From Gemmatimonadales bacterium (GTDB taxonomy: Bacteria; Gemmatimonadota; Gemmatimonadetes; Gemmatimonadales; GWC2-71-9), in assembly GCA_036377655.1 (NCBI GenBank), contig DASUXZ010000098.1:1-37534 (forward strand): a DNA stretch of 37,534 bases, given 5' to 3'. The notes under the pieces were generated by a model. The model made no database searches, had not been told where the DNA came from, and saw only the letters and a list, made by a program, of their open reading frames with translations. Each line of letters starts with the position of its first letter. Position 1 is the first letter of the stretch. Of this stretch, positions 6,723 through 15,071 are shown piece by piece. Made by a program: the position numbers and the translations under genes.

Positions 6723-8396
6723 GTGACCTACCCGCATCTGCGCCCCGGCCGCGCGGCCGAATTGTCCCTGCACGCCCCGAACGCCGCTCTCCTCATCGAC
6801 TTCGACAACGTGACGCTGGGGATCCGCTCGGATCTCACCAAGGAGCTCCGCACGCTCCTCAACAGCGACATCATCAAGGGGAAAGTGGCCGTTCAGCGCG
6901 CCTATGCCGACTGGCGGCGCTACCCGCAGTACATCGTGCCCCTCTCCGAATCGTCGATCGACCTCATCTTCGCGCCGGCCTTCGGCACGAGCAAGAAGAA
7001 CGCGACCGACATCCGCCTCGCGATCGATGCGATCGAGCTCGTCTTCACGCGGCCCGAGATCGGGACGTTCATCATCATGTCGGGGGACAGCGACTTCTCG
7101 ACGATGGTGATCAAGCTCAAGGAGTACGGGAAGTACGTGATCGGCGTCGGCATCCGCGAGTCGGCGAGCGACCTGCTGATCCAGAACTGCGACGAGTACT
7201 ACTCCTACAGCGACCTCGCCGGGCTCTCCCGCGAGGGAGAGACGCCCTCGATCCAGCGCGATCCATGGGAGCTCGTCGGCGAAGCCATCGCGCAGATGGC
7301 GCGGAACGGCGACGTCATGCGCTCCGACCGCCTCAAGCAGGTGATGCAGCAGATCGATTCCAACTTCGACGAGCGGAACGCAGGCTTCAGCCGCTTCAGC
7401 AAGTTCGTGGTCGAGGCGGGACAGAAGGGACTCCTCCAGGTCACCAAGCTCGAAAACGGCCAGTACGAGGTCGCGCCGCCGGCGGCGCGCGGCGGCCGTG
7501 CGGAGGCGGCCCGCCCGGCCGAGCCGGCGGGGCGCGGACGGGAGGAAAGCCGGAGCCGCGAGGAAGGCCGGAGCCGCGAGGAAGGCCGGAGTCGCGAGGA
7601 GGGCCGCACCCGGGACGAGGGACGTGGCCGGGGCCGGGGCCGCGGGCGCGGCCGGGGACGCGAGCGGGAGCGGGAGGAGCAGCCGGCGGCGCAGTCTGCC
7701 GCCCCGGCCGCGCGCCGCACCGACGGCACGCTCTCGCTCGCGCGCGCGTTCCAGCTCCTGACCGATGCGCTCGCGGAGCTCGGCGGTCCCGTATCGGCGG
7801 AACAGCTCCGCGGCCGGATGGCGGCGCTGCACGGGCGCGAGGACCCGCTGCTCGAGACGAGCCGGTTCGCACGGCTCCTCCGGCAGGCCAACGACGCCGA
7901 AGTCGCCGACGTGCGGAAGGTGGGAGACGACGACTACGAGGTTGCGCTGCATCGCCGGCCCGGAATGCCCGCCGCCCCGAAGCCGCCCGCCACGCCTGCG
8001 GCGGAGGCATCGGGCCCCAACGGCGCCGCGCCGGCCGCGCCTGCCGCGCCGACCGAGCAATCCGGCTCGATCTTCCGCCCAGGCCTCCGGTTCCGCCGCG
8101 GTTCGCGCGCTCCCATGCGGACGGCCGAGATCCCGCTCGTCGGCGTGGTGAGCATCGAGCCGCCGGCACCGGCGGCGCCCGAGGCACCGGCCGCCGAGGC
8201 CGCCCGCGAAGCGCCGGCCGAGAAGGCGGCGGGATCCGGCAAGTCGAAATCCGCGCGCGCCCCGCGAAAGTCCGCAAAGCGCGCCAAGGCAGCCGCGCCG
8301 GCTGCCGCCCCGGACGAAGCGCCCGCCGCGGAGGCGCCCGCCGAGGCACGACCGGCCAGAAAGCGCGCGAAGCCACGCGCGCGAAAGTCGGAGTGA
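6723..8396 (+). CDS. NYN (LabA-like PIN nuclease) domain protein with two OST-HTH/LOTUS domains, an Arg-rich repeat linker and a Lys/Ala/Pro-rich tail
   Basis: GTG start at 6723. NYN motifs are ALLIDFDNV, AYADW, KKNATDIRLAIDAIELV and FIIMSGDSDFSTMVIKLKEYGKYVIGVG. LOTUS-like 1 reads AIAQMARNGDVMRSDRLKQVMQQIDSNFDERNAGFSRFSKFVVEAGQKGLLQV. LOTUS-like 2 reads LARAFQLLTDALAELGGPVSAEQLRGRMAALHG...SRFARLLRQANDAEVADV. The linker is EESRSREEGRSREEGRSREEGRTRDEGRGRGRGRGRGRGREREREE. The tail is KSKSARAPRKSAKRAKAAAPAAAP...RKRAKPRARKSE. Confidence 0.8.
   Translation: MTYPHLRPGRAAELSLHAPNAALLIDFDNVTLGIRSDLTKELRTLLNSDIIKGKVAVQRAYADWRRYPQYIVPLSESSIDLIFAPAFGTSKKNATDIRLAIDAIELVFTRPEIGTFIIMSGDSDFSTMVIKLKEYGKYVIGVGIRESASDLLIQNCDEYYSYSDLAGLSREGETPSIQRDPWELVGEAIAQMARNGDVMRSDRLKQVMQQIDSNFDERNAGFSRFSKFVVEAGQKGLLQVTKLENGQYEVAPPAARGGRAEAARPAEPAGRGREESRSREEGRSREEGRSREEGRTRDEGRGRGRGRGRGRGREREREEQPAAQSAAPAARRTDGTLSLARAFQLLTDALAELGGPVSAEQLRGRMAALHGREDPLLETSRFARLLRQANDAEVADVRKVGDDDYEVALHRRPGMPAAPKPPATPAAEASGPNGAAPAAPAAPTEQSGSIFRPGLRFRRGSRAPMRTAEIPLVGVVSIEPPAPAAPEAPAAEAAREAPAEKAAGSGKSKSARAPRKSAKRAKAAAPAAAPDEAPAAEAPAEARPARKRAKPRARKSE
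7542..7679 (+). repeat. In-frame 18-nt tandem repeat degenerating into (RG)n and (RE)n codon repeats
   Basis: The units are gaggaaagccggagccgc / gaggaaggccggagccgc / gaggaaggccggagtcgc / gaggagggccgcacccgg / gacgagggacgtggccgg. They are followed by ggccggggccgcgggcgcggccggggacgc and gagcgggagcgggaggag. The phase matches the 6723 reading frame. Confidence 0.85.
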
Positions 8397-8992
8397 GGAA
8401 GGCGCGACGGGCAGCCACGCTGCCCGTTCGCTTTTTTGCCCGGCCGGCCGAGGTGGTCGCCCGGGAGCTGGTCGGGACGGTCATGCGATCGGAGATCGGC
8501 GGCGTCGTGACCGCAGGACGGATCGTCGAGACCGAGGCCTATCTCGGCGCCGAGGATCCGGCGGCGCACGGCTATCTCGGCCGCCGCAACGCGAGGAACG
8601 CCTCGATCTTCGGGCCACCCGCGACCTGGTACGTGTACCTCTCCTACGGCATGCACTGGTGCGCCAATCTCGTCGCAGCGCGCGAGGGGGAGGCCGCGGC
8701 AGTCCTGGTCCGCGCGCTCGAGCCGCTCGAGGGGATCGAGACGATGCGGGCGCGCCGGCGCGGGGTGCCCGACCGGCACCTCTGCGCCGGTCCGGGGCGT
8801 CTCTGCGAGGCCCTCGGCATCACCCGCGAGCTCGACGGCACCGTCATGGCCAGGTCGCCCGTTTCGGTCCTTCGGGACGGGGTACCCCGTCCCGAGGTCC
8901 GGGTGACACCCCGCATCGGCATCACGAAGGCCGCGGACTGGCCGCTGCGCTTCGTGCTGGCCGGCACCCGGTGGGCGTCCCGGGGCGGCTGA
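8393..8992 (+). CDS. mpg: 3-methyladenine (alkylpurine) DNA glycosylase, AAG/Mpg family
   Basis: Motifs: FFARPAEVVARELVG, GRIVETEAYLGAEDPAAHG, GPPATWYVYLSYGMHWCANLV, VLVRALEP and LCAGPGRLCEALGI. The GTG at 8393 overlaps the upstream TGA (GTGA). The track ORF 6563..8992 is only real in its last ~200 codons. Confidence 0.85.
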   Translation: MRKARRAATLPVRFFARPAEVVARELVGTVMRSEIGGVVTAGRIVETEAYLGAEDPAAHGYLGRRNARNASIFGPPATWYVYLSYGMHWCANLVAAREGEAAAVLVRALEPLEGIETMRARRRGVPDRHLCAGPGRLCEALGITRELDGTVMARSPVSVLRDGVPRPEVRVTPRIGITKAADWPLRFVLAGTRWASRGG

Positions 8993-9054
8993 GGACTCCT
9001 GTCGCGCCGGCCGTCCGCGAGGTATCCTCGGAGATCCTCCTTCCGGGGCACGCC

Positions 9055-11175
9055 ATGAAGGTCCTTCCGCTTTGCGTACTCGTCATTTCGGCAACGATCG
9101 GTATCGCGGCGCCGGCCGAGGCCCAGGTCGCGGCGAAACCGGTGCGCGCGGAGGCGCGCGATTCCTTCGCGGGTGCGGTGAAGGAGTTCGGCACGATGTG
9201 GACCTTCGACGCCCCCCCGCTCGCCTACTGGAAGGCGCGCTACGGCTTCGCGCCGGAGCCGGGCTGGCTCGACAACGTGCGCCTCGCCTCGATCCGGCTG
9301 CCCAACTGCTCGGCATCGTTCGTGTCCGCGCGCGGGCTCGTCATGACGAACCACCACTGCGCGCGCGCCTGCATTTCCGCGAATTCGCCTGCCGACACGA
9401 ACTACCAGCGAACCGGCTTCGTCGCGCGGACGCTCGAGGAAGAGAAGCGGTGCGCGGGACTCTACGTCGATCAGCTCGTCGGGGTCGAGGACGTCACCGC
9501 CCGCATCCGGTCGCAGGTCACCGCCACGGCGCCGGCGGCGCAGGTGGAGCAGCGGCAGGCCGCGATCGCGTCGATCATGTCCCCGTGCCAGGAGTCGGGG
9601 CAGATCTGCCAGGTGGTGATGTTCTACCAGGGCGCGATGTATTCACTCTACCGCTACCGGCGCTACGACGACGTCCGCCTCGTGATGGCCCCGGAAGAGG
9701 AGGTCAGCTTCTTCGGCGGCGATCCCGACAACTTCACCTATCCCCGCTACGCGCTCGACCTCACGCTGCTTCGCGTCTACGACGCCGGCGCGCCGTTCGC
9801 GCCCCGCAACTACCTCCGGTGGAGCGCCGACGGGCCGAAGGAGGGCGAGCTCGTCTTCGTCACCGGGAATCCCGGCTCCACCGGCCGCCTGCTCACGCTC
9901 GCGCAGATGGAGTACCTCCGCGACGTGCAGTATCCCGCCCAGCTCGACCTGCTCGCGCGCAACATCGCGTTCTACAAGGAGCTCTCGAGCGCGAGCGAGG
10001 CGGCGCGCCGACAGTACGAGAACCAGGTGTTCAGCCTCGAGAATGCGCAGAAGGCCATCACCGGGTACCGCGCAGGGCTGCTCGACTCGACCATCATGGC
10101 GCGCAAGGCGGCGTTCGAGCGCGAGGTGCGCGCCAAGGTGGCGGCCGATCCCTCGCTGCGCTCTCGCTTCGGCGGTGCCTGGGACGACATCGCGAGGGCG
10201 CAGGCCGAGCTCGCCCGCATCAATGTGCGCGCCCGATACTACGGGTTCGGCGGATCGCAGCTCCTCAACTACGCGGGCGGGATCGTGCGACTCCCTGCCC
10301 AGGCGGGTCTCCCCGACTCGCTCAGGCTTCCCCAGTACCGCGGGCGCGCGATCGACGCCGTCCGCCAGCAGCTCCTCGCCGACGCCCCGGTCGATCCGGA
10401 CATCGAGAAGCAGACTCTGGCCGCGCAGCTGACCGCCGCCCGCCGCGAGCTCCCGGCGAACGATCCCTTCCTGCAGGCCGTGCTCCAGGGCCGGAGCCCG
10501 GAGGTCGCCGCGGAAGCGCTCGTCGAGGGGACGCGGCTCGCCGATGCGGCGGTCCGCCGGCGGCTGGTGGACGGCGGCAGCGCTGCGGCAGCCGCGTCCG
10601 ACGATCCGATGATCGTCCTGGCGCGCCGGATCGAGCCGATCGCGCGCGAGGTCGGGATGCAGGCGGCCAGGCAGGAAGCGATCATCTCGGCGAACGGGGA
10701 GAAGGTCGGTCAGGCGCTGTTCGCGGCGTACGGCACGTCGCTCCCACCCGATGCCACCTTCACGCTCCGGATCTCGGACGGCATCGTGCGGGGCTTCCCC
10801 ATGAACGGGACGATCGCGCCCTATCGCACGACGTTCTACGGCCTGTACGGCCGCTCGGCGGACTTCGACGACGAGCCGCCCTTCCACCTTCCCGCGCGCT
10901 GGCGCGAGGCCGAATCACGCATCGCGCTCGGCCAGTCGCTCAACTTCGTCTCGACCAACGACATCATCGGCGGCAATTCCGGCAGCCCGGTCATCAACCG
11001 GAACGCGGAGGTCGTCGGGCTGATCTTCGACGGCAACATCGAGTCGCTCCCGAACCGCTTCATCTTCACCGACGAAGTCGCGCGCTCGGTGAGCGTGCAC
11101 TCGGAGGGAATCCTCGAGGCGCTGCGAAGCGTGTACGGCGCCGCTCGGATCGCGGAAGAGCTCGAGGGCAGGTAG
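9055..11175 (+). CDS. Secreted S46-family serine peptidase (dipeptidyl-peptidase 7/11-like)
   Basis: ATG at 9055. Signal peptide MKVLPLCVLVISATIGIAAPAEAQ. Family-typical motifs are GTMWTFD, CSASFVSARGLVMTNHHCA (catalytic His) and IIGGNSGSPVINRNAEVVGLIFDGN (catalytic Ser). Confidence 0.85.
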   Translation: MKVLPLCVLVISATIGIAAPAEAQVAAKPVRAEARDSFAGAVKEFGTMWTFDAPPLAYWKARYGFAPEPGWLDNVRLASIRLPNCSASFVSARGLVMTNHHCARACISANSPADTNYQRTGFVARTLEEEKRCAGLYVDQLVGVEDVTARIRSQVTATAPAAQVEQRQAAIASIMSPCQESGQICQVVMFYQGAMYSLYRYRRYDDVRLVMAPEEEVSFFGGDPDNFTYPRYALDLTLLRVYDAGAPFAPRNYLRWSADGPKEGELVFVTGNPGSTGRLLTLAQMEYLRDVQYPAQLDLLARNIAFYKELSSASEAARRQYENQVFSLENAQKAITGYRAGLLDSTIMARKAAFEREVRAKVAADPSLRSRFGGAWDDIARAQAELARINVRARYYGFGGSQLLNYAGGIVRLPAQAGLPDSLRLPQYRGRAIDAVRQQLLADAPVDPDIEKQTLAAQLTAARRELPANDPFLQAVLQGRSPEVAAEALVEGTRLADAAVRRRLVDGGSAAAAASDDPMIVLARRIEPIAREVGMQAARQEAIISANGEKVGQALFAAYGTSLPPDATFTLRISDGIVRGFPMNGTIAPYRTTFYGLYGRSADFDDEPPFHLPARWREAESRIALGQSLNFVSTNDIIGGNSGSPVINRNAEVVGLIFDGNIESLPNRFIFTDEVARSVSVHSEGILEALRSVYGAARIAEELEGR

Positions 11176-11196
11176 CGACATCGAGCCCGAATGGCG

Positions 11197-11240
11197 GAAA
11201 CGTCGAAGGCCGGAGCGGCTGCTCCGGCCTTCGACGTTTC
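11197..11240. terminator. Bidirectional hairpin terminator between convergent genes
   Basis: Perfect 20-bp stem gaaacgtcgaaggccggagc (11197-11216) / gctccggccttcgacgtttc (11221-11240) with loop ggct. The arms carry A3/T3 at their outer ends. It sits between stops at 11175 (+) and 11261 (-). Confidence 0.7.
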
Positions 11241-11260
11241 GGTGCCTGGGCCCGGCGGCG

Positions 11261-11929
11261 CTACCAGCTCTCCCGCGCGCTCCCGAGGCTGAACCGCACG
11301 CCACCGGTCACCGTGTGCACGGCGCCGCTGATGAGGCGGCCCTCGCCGAGGACCGTGCCGCCCTCCTGCGTGAAGCGATATCCGGGGACGGTCTGCAGCT
11401 GGTAGTGCCCGAACACGCTCACGCCGCCGACCCGGAACTGGAGGCCGCCCATGAACGCGCCGAATCCGCTGCTCCCGATATCCTGCGCCACGGCCGATGA
11501 CCCGCCGTCGAGCGGATCCGGCGAGACGACATGGATGATGCCGCCGCCGACGCCGAAGTAGGGCTGCATGTGGCCGCGCACCGGAAAGACGAGAAGGCCG
11601 AAGGTGTAGCGACGGATGTCGCTGAACGCGACGTTCTGCGGGCCACCGCCGGCGGTGTAGTCGATGTAGCTCGAGGTCTGCCCGTCGTCGAAGGCCTCTT
11701 CGACGGCGAGGTAGAGCGCGCCCTTCTTGGCCTTGATGAGCGCATGACCGCCCGCCATCGGAATCGCGCCGCGGCTCTGCGTCGGCGTCCGGAAGACCAT
11801 CATGCCGGCCTGGCCGCCGAGGTACCAGCGGTAGTCGTCACTCTGCACCACCTCCTGCGCGCGAACATCCTGGGCGCCCAGCGCCAGGGCGAACGCGATC
11901 ACCGGGATGCTGCGGCTGAGCAGGCTCAT
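11261..11929 (-). CDS. Outer-membrane beta-barrel protein (small OmpA-N/OmpW-like porin family)
   Basis: Signal peptide MSLLSRSIPVIAFALALGAQDVRAQE. The sequence shows an alternating hydrophobic/Gly-rich strand pattern (YLGGQAGMMVF, GFGAFMGGLQFRVG, VSVFGHYQLQTV) and an aromatic C-terminus ...SARESW. Confidence 0.7.
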   Translation of the reverse strand: MSLLSRSIPVIAFALALGAQDVRAQEVVQSDDYRWYLGGQAGMMVFRTPTQSRGAIPMAGGHALIKAKKGALYLAVEEAFDDGQTSSYIDYTAGGGPQNVAFSDIRRYTFGLLVFPVRGHMQPYFGVGGGIIHVVSPDPLDGGSSAVAQDIGSSGFGAFMGGLQFRVGGVSVFGHYQLQTVPGYRFTQEGGTVLGEGRLISGAVHTVTGGVRFSLGSARESW

Positions 11930-12130
11930 CGGACCATCTCCTGAATGCGGCTGGGGGCCCGGCCGCGCAGCGGATTGCGCGGGGCCCGTGGAAAAACGCG
12001 AGGCGCCCGTCGGGGCACCGCCGCGGGAGGCGCCGGGATCCGATGGCGCTTCCTAAGGCATTGTTTTTCAACGAGATAGCTGGCTGGTCGATGCCGGAGC
12101 ACTGTCCGGTGGCCGGCCGTCGCGGAAGGG

Positions 12131-12161
12131 AAAGTGCAAAGAGGGGGCCACCCCGGCCCCC
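12131..12161 (-). terminator. Possible terminator after kbl
   Basis: The minus strand after the TGA reads GGGGGCC-ggggt-GGCCCCC followed by TCTTTGCACTTT. The stem is 7 bp of GC and the T-run is interrupted. Confidence 0.4.
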
Positions 12162-12166
12162 CCGTG

Positions 12167-13384
12167 TCAGATGAGGCCGAGGCGGGTTCCGACCTTGCGG
12201 AAGGCGGCGAGCGCCTCGTCCAGGTCCTCGCGGGAATGCGCGGCCGAAATCTGGCAGCGCACGCGCGCCTGTCCCTGGGGGACGACCGGGAATCCGAAGC
12301 CCGTCACGAAGACCCCTTCGTCGAGCAGCAGCTGGCTCATGCGGATCGCGTCGGACGTCTCGCCGAGAATCACCGGGATGATCGGGGTCTCGCCCGGGAG
12401 GGGCCGGAACCCGAGGGCGAGGAGGCCGTCGCGGAAATACGACGCGTTCTCGGCGAGGACACGAACGCGCCCCGGATGCGCCTCGAGGAACTCGATGCTC
12501 GCGAGCGCGCTCGCCGCCACCGTCGGCGGAAGGGCGTTCGAGAAGAGCTGCGGCCGGGCGCGCTGCGTGAGGTAATCGCAGACCGCTTCGGACGCGGCGA
12601 CGAATCCGCCCGCCGCGCCGCCGAGCGCCTTGCCGAGGGTGGAGGTGATGATGTCGATCTCGCCGACCAGGCCGAAATGCTCCGCCGTGCCCCGCCCGTG
12701 GGCGCCGAGGACGCCGGTGGCGTGCGAGTCGTCCACCACGAGGACGGCATCGTGGCGACGGCAGATCTCGAGGAGCTCCGGGAGCTTCGCGATCGCACCT
12801 TCCATCGAGAACACGCCGTCGGTGATGACCATCCGCGTCCGCCGGTCTCGCGCGGCGGTGAGGAGCTCGACGAGATGGTCGAGGTCGGCATGGCGGAAGA
12901 CCGCGGTCTGGCACTTCGTGATCGCCTTGGCGAGCCGGATGCCGTCGATGATCGAGGCGTGATTCAACTGGTCGCTGATCACGATGTCCTCCTCGCCGAG
13001 CAGGGTTCCCGGCGTCGCCTCGTTGGCATTCCAGCAGCTCACGAAGCTGAGGCTCGCCTCGGTCCCGACGAGGCGCGCGCAGGCCGCCTCGAGGTCGCGA
13101 TGCACGTCGAACGTCCCGCAGATGAATCGCACCGACGCGGTCCCCGCGCCGTAACGCGCGAGCGCCTCCCGGCCCGCCGCGACGACCGCCGGCTCGTTGC
13201 TGAGGCCGAGGTAGTTGTTCGATGAGAGGATGATGACCTCACCGCGGCCTTCCATCCTGACGCGCGCCGACTGCGGTCCCTGCAGGTAGTTCAGGTGCTT
13301 GTAGACGCCTTCGGCGCGGAAGCGCTCGAGCTCGGCGGCGATCCGCCGGTCGAGCGAGCTCGGATGGTGCGACGTCGGGGCCAT
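12167..13384 (-). CDS. kbl: 2-amino-3-ketobutyrate CoA ligase (glycine C-acetyltransferase)
   Basis: 405 aa. Motifs: ILSSNNYLGLSNEP, FICGTFDVHRDLE, VVDDSHATGVLGAHGRGTAEHFG, and IITSTLGKALGG with the PLP lysine. AAGGGA lies 9 nt upstream of the ATG at 13384. Confidence 0.9.
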   Translation of the reverse strand: MAPTSHHPSSLDRRIAAELERFRAEGVYKHLNYLQGPQSARVRMEGRGEVIILSSNNYLGLSNEPAVVAAGREALARYGAGTASVRFICGTFDVHRDLEAACARLVGTEASLSFVSCWNANEATPGTLLGEEDIVISDQLNHASIIDGIRLAKAITKCQTAVFRHADLDHLVELLTAARDRRTRMVITDGVFSMEGAIAKLPELLEICRRHDAVLVVDDSHATGVLGAHGRGTAEHFGLVGEIDIITSTLGKALGGAAGGFVAASEAVCDYLTQRARPQLFSNALPPTVAASALASIEFLEAHPGRVRVLAENASYFRDGLLALGFRPLPGETPIIPVILGETSDAIRMSQLLLDEGVFVTGFGFPVVPQGQARVRCQISAAHSREDLDEALAAFRKVGTRLGLI

Positions 13385-13403
13385 GGCGTGTGATCCCTTG
13401 CGA

Positions 13404-15071
13404 TCAGGTAGGCGCCGCGCGCAGCAGGTCGATCACCGAGATGCCGTCCGCGGCGTTGATGGTGTGCGTGCCGATGAGGCCCGGGCCCCATGCAGGCAGG
13501 ATCTCGTGCACGACGCGTTCCGCATACCGCTCCGGCGAGAGCTCGAGCACTTCGTGGACCGTCATTCCGCCGCCGTAGACCGGCACGCCGATCTGCGCGG
13601 GGCGGTAGAGGCGGCCGCGGTGCCGGAAGAACTGGCCTCCCATCCGGGCGCGGCGCACGTCCGCCACCACGGGGTTCTCGGGATGCGGCGTGAACGGGCC
13701 GAACGGGCCGTCGGAGACGAGGATATGCAGCTCCTCGGTCCGGTCGATCCCGGGCTCGCCGATGCTCGTGAAGAGGTACCAGCGGCCTGCGTGCTCGAGG
13801 AGCGTCGCATCCACCGCGTCGATCCCGTCGACGAGGACGCGGTCGAGCGTCCACCCGTGCGGAAAGCGGTCCGCGCGGTAGAGCTCGATGCGGCGCCGCT
13901 TGTTCGTCTCCGGGATCATGTACCACGAATCGCCGATCCGGAACACCTGCGGATAGGAGAGATGGCAGTCGGTCTCGAGCGCCGTCGCCGGCGCGCCGAC
14001 CGGCCCGGAGGGTCCCATTTCCCAGACCGCGATCGTCCCTCGATTGCCCGCGTAGATGAGCTCCTCGAAGAACATCCACCATCGCTCGCCGTCCCGCACG
14101 ATGAACGGGTCGGCCCAGAAGCGGTCGGCAGGGGGCACGATCTCGCGGTAGCGGTGCATGACGCCGTGCGGCGTGTCGCCCGTGACCCCCCGCACGGCAT
14201 GCCACCCGAGCGACCATTGCAGGCGCCGCCCGCGATTGCGGAGCCGCTGCGCGACCCACCGGCGCGCGAGCCGCGTCCCGAGGCGGAGCACCGTCGCGTT
14301 GTCGGGAATGCGATAGAGGGGCTGCTGGTACGCGTCCCACAGCTCGACGTCGCCCGCCGTCGCCTGGCGCGGGTCCCGCCCGTCGTGGAGCCGTTCGAGC
14401 GAGCGCACGAGCATGCGCGAGGAGCGGCGATACATGTGCCGGATGTTCTGCGCGAAGGAAAACCGGCGCGTCGCGCCGACCGAGCGTGCGAGCGCCGTGC
14501 CCCCGTCGAGGTCCTCCGTGAGCCGCTGGAGGGTGACCCCGGTGACGGGCGAGTCCTCGAGCACCTCCCAGACGCCGGGCGGGCCGCCGCGGTTCACCCG
14601 GTTGTCGCCGTGATGAAACGACCAGACCCCGTCCCGCGCGGCACCGAGGACCGGACCGCGGAGGATCCGGAAGCCGCCGCGCACGAGGACGTCGAGGTTC
14701 GCCTCCCGGATGCGCGCGACGTCCGGATCGGTGATCCGGTCGCTGAAGCGCGTGGTCTCCGGCCGAACCCGGAGCACCGGCGCGGACGGCGCGAGGGTCG
14801 AGATCGGCACCGCGGGATCCGGGGCGGGGAGCCGGGCGCGCTTCGCATCGAGCCGCTCCGCGAGCGCAAAGCCGAGCCGCGCGCGATTGTGCCAGAGCCG
14901 CCCGAGGCGGGACCGCTTCACCTCGGGCGACGGATCCGCGTCGCGCTCCACCACGAGCACGATTTCCGCGAGGCCCCGCGAGACCACTTCGGTGAGTGCC
15001 GCTCCGAGCCAGGCCGGCACCTCGGGCCCGTCGAGCAGGAGGCCGAGGCGGAGCGGCGCCCTCCGGCTCAA
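13404..15071 (-). CDS. Two-domain protein: formyltransferase-fold N-terminal domain fused to a GH43-like / GINT-like beta-propeller-type C-terminal domain
   Basis: The N-terminal half resembles Formyl_trans_N: DVLVRGGFRILRGPVL, GVWSFHHGD, SPVTGVTLQRLTEDLDGG. The C-terminal half carries FWADPFIVRDGERWWMFFEE, SYPQVFRIGDSWYMIPE and DATLLEHAGRWYLFTS. I trimmed the track ORF (13404..15974) because its first ~300 codons shadow tdh. The proposed TTG start at 15071 overlaps the tdh TGA (TTGA), but the start is uncertain. Confidence 0.6.
   Translation of the reverse strand: MSRRAPLRLGLLLDGPEVPAWLGAALTEVVSRGLAEIVLVVERDADPSPEVKRSRLGRLWHNRARLGFALAERLDAKRARLPAPDPAVPISTLAPSAPVLRVRPETTRFSDRITDPDVARIREANLDVLVRGGFRILRGPVLGAARDGVWSFHHGDNRVNRGGPPGVWEVLEDSPVTGVTLQRLTEDLDGGTALARSVGATRRFSFAQNIRHMYRRSSRMLVRSLERLHDGRDPRQATAGDVELWDAYQQPLYRIPDNATVLRLGTRLARRWVAQRLRNRGRRLQWSLGWHAVRGVTGDTPHGVMHRYREIVPPADRFWADPFIVRDGERWWMFFEELIYAGNRGTIAVWEMGPSGPVGAPATALETDCHLSYPQVFRIGDSWYMIPETNKRRRIELYRADRFPHGWTLDRVLVDGIDAVDATLLEHAGRWYLFTSIGEPGIDRTEELHILVSDGPFGPFTPHPENPVVADVRRARMGGQFFRHRGRLYRPAQIGVPVYGGGMTVHEVLELSPERYAERVVHEILPAWGPGLIGTHTINAADGISVIDLLRAAPT

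Noticed and set aside
7542-7679. Short direct repeats that might be mistaken for a CRISPR array or a minisatellite outside genes.
   Set aside because: The units are contiguous with no spacers, are 18 nt long, and are exactly in phase with a long coding frame flanked by NYN and LOTUS domains. This is a coding low-complexity repeat.
6563-8392. The upstream 610 codons of the 809-aa track ORF 6563..8992.
   Set aside because: Only the last ~200 codons carry alkylpurine glycosylase motifs. The upstream part overlaps the NYN-LOTUS gene in another frame and translates to Arg/Pro/Gly-rich junk. A GTG at 8393 overlaps the upstream stop and gives a normal-length Mpg.
11930-12166. A possible small RNA or regulatory element in the 237-bp kbl-OMP intergenic region (AT-rich patch cattgtttttcaacgagatag at about 12059-12080, several short GC hairpins, and a TTTTT run on the minus strand at 11992-11996).
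   Set aside because: I could not define a convincing promoter (the TTGAAA has no matching -10 at 16-18 nt). Nor could I find a stable hairpin directly preceding the T-run. It is probably just the OMP promoter/leader region. It needs transcript mapping rather than a call.
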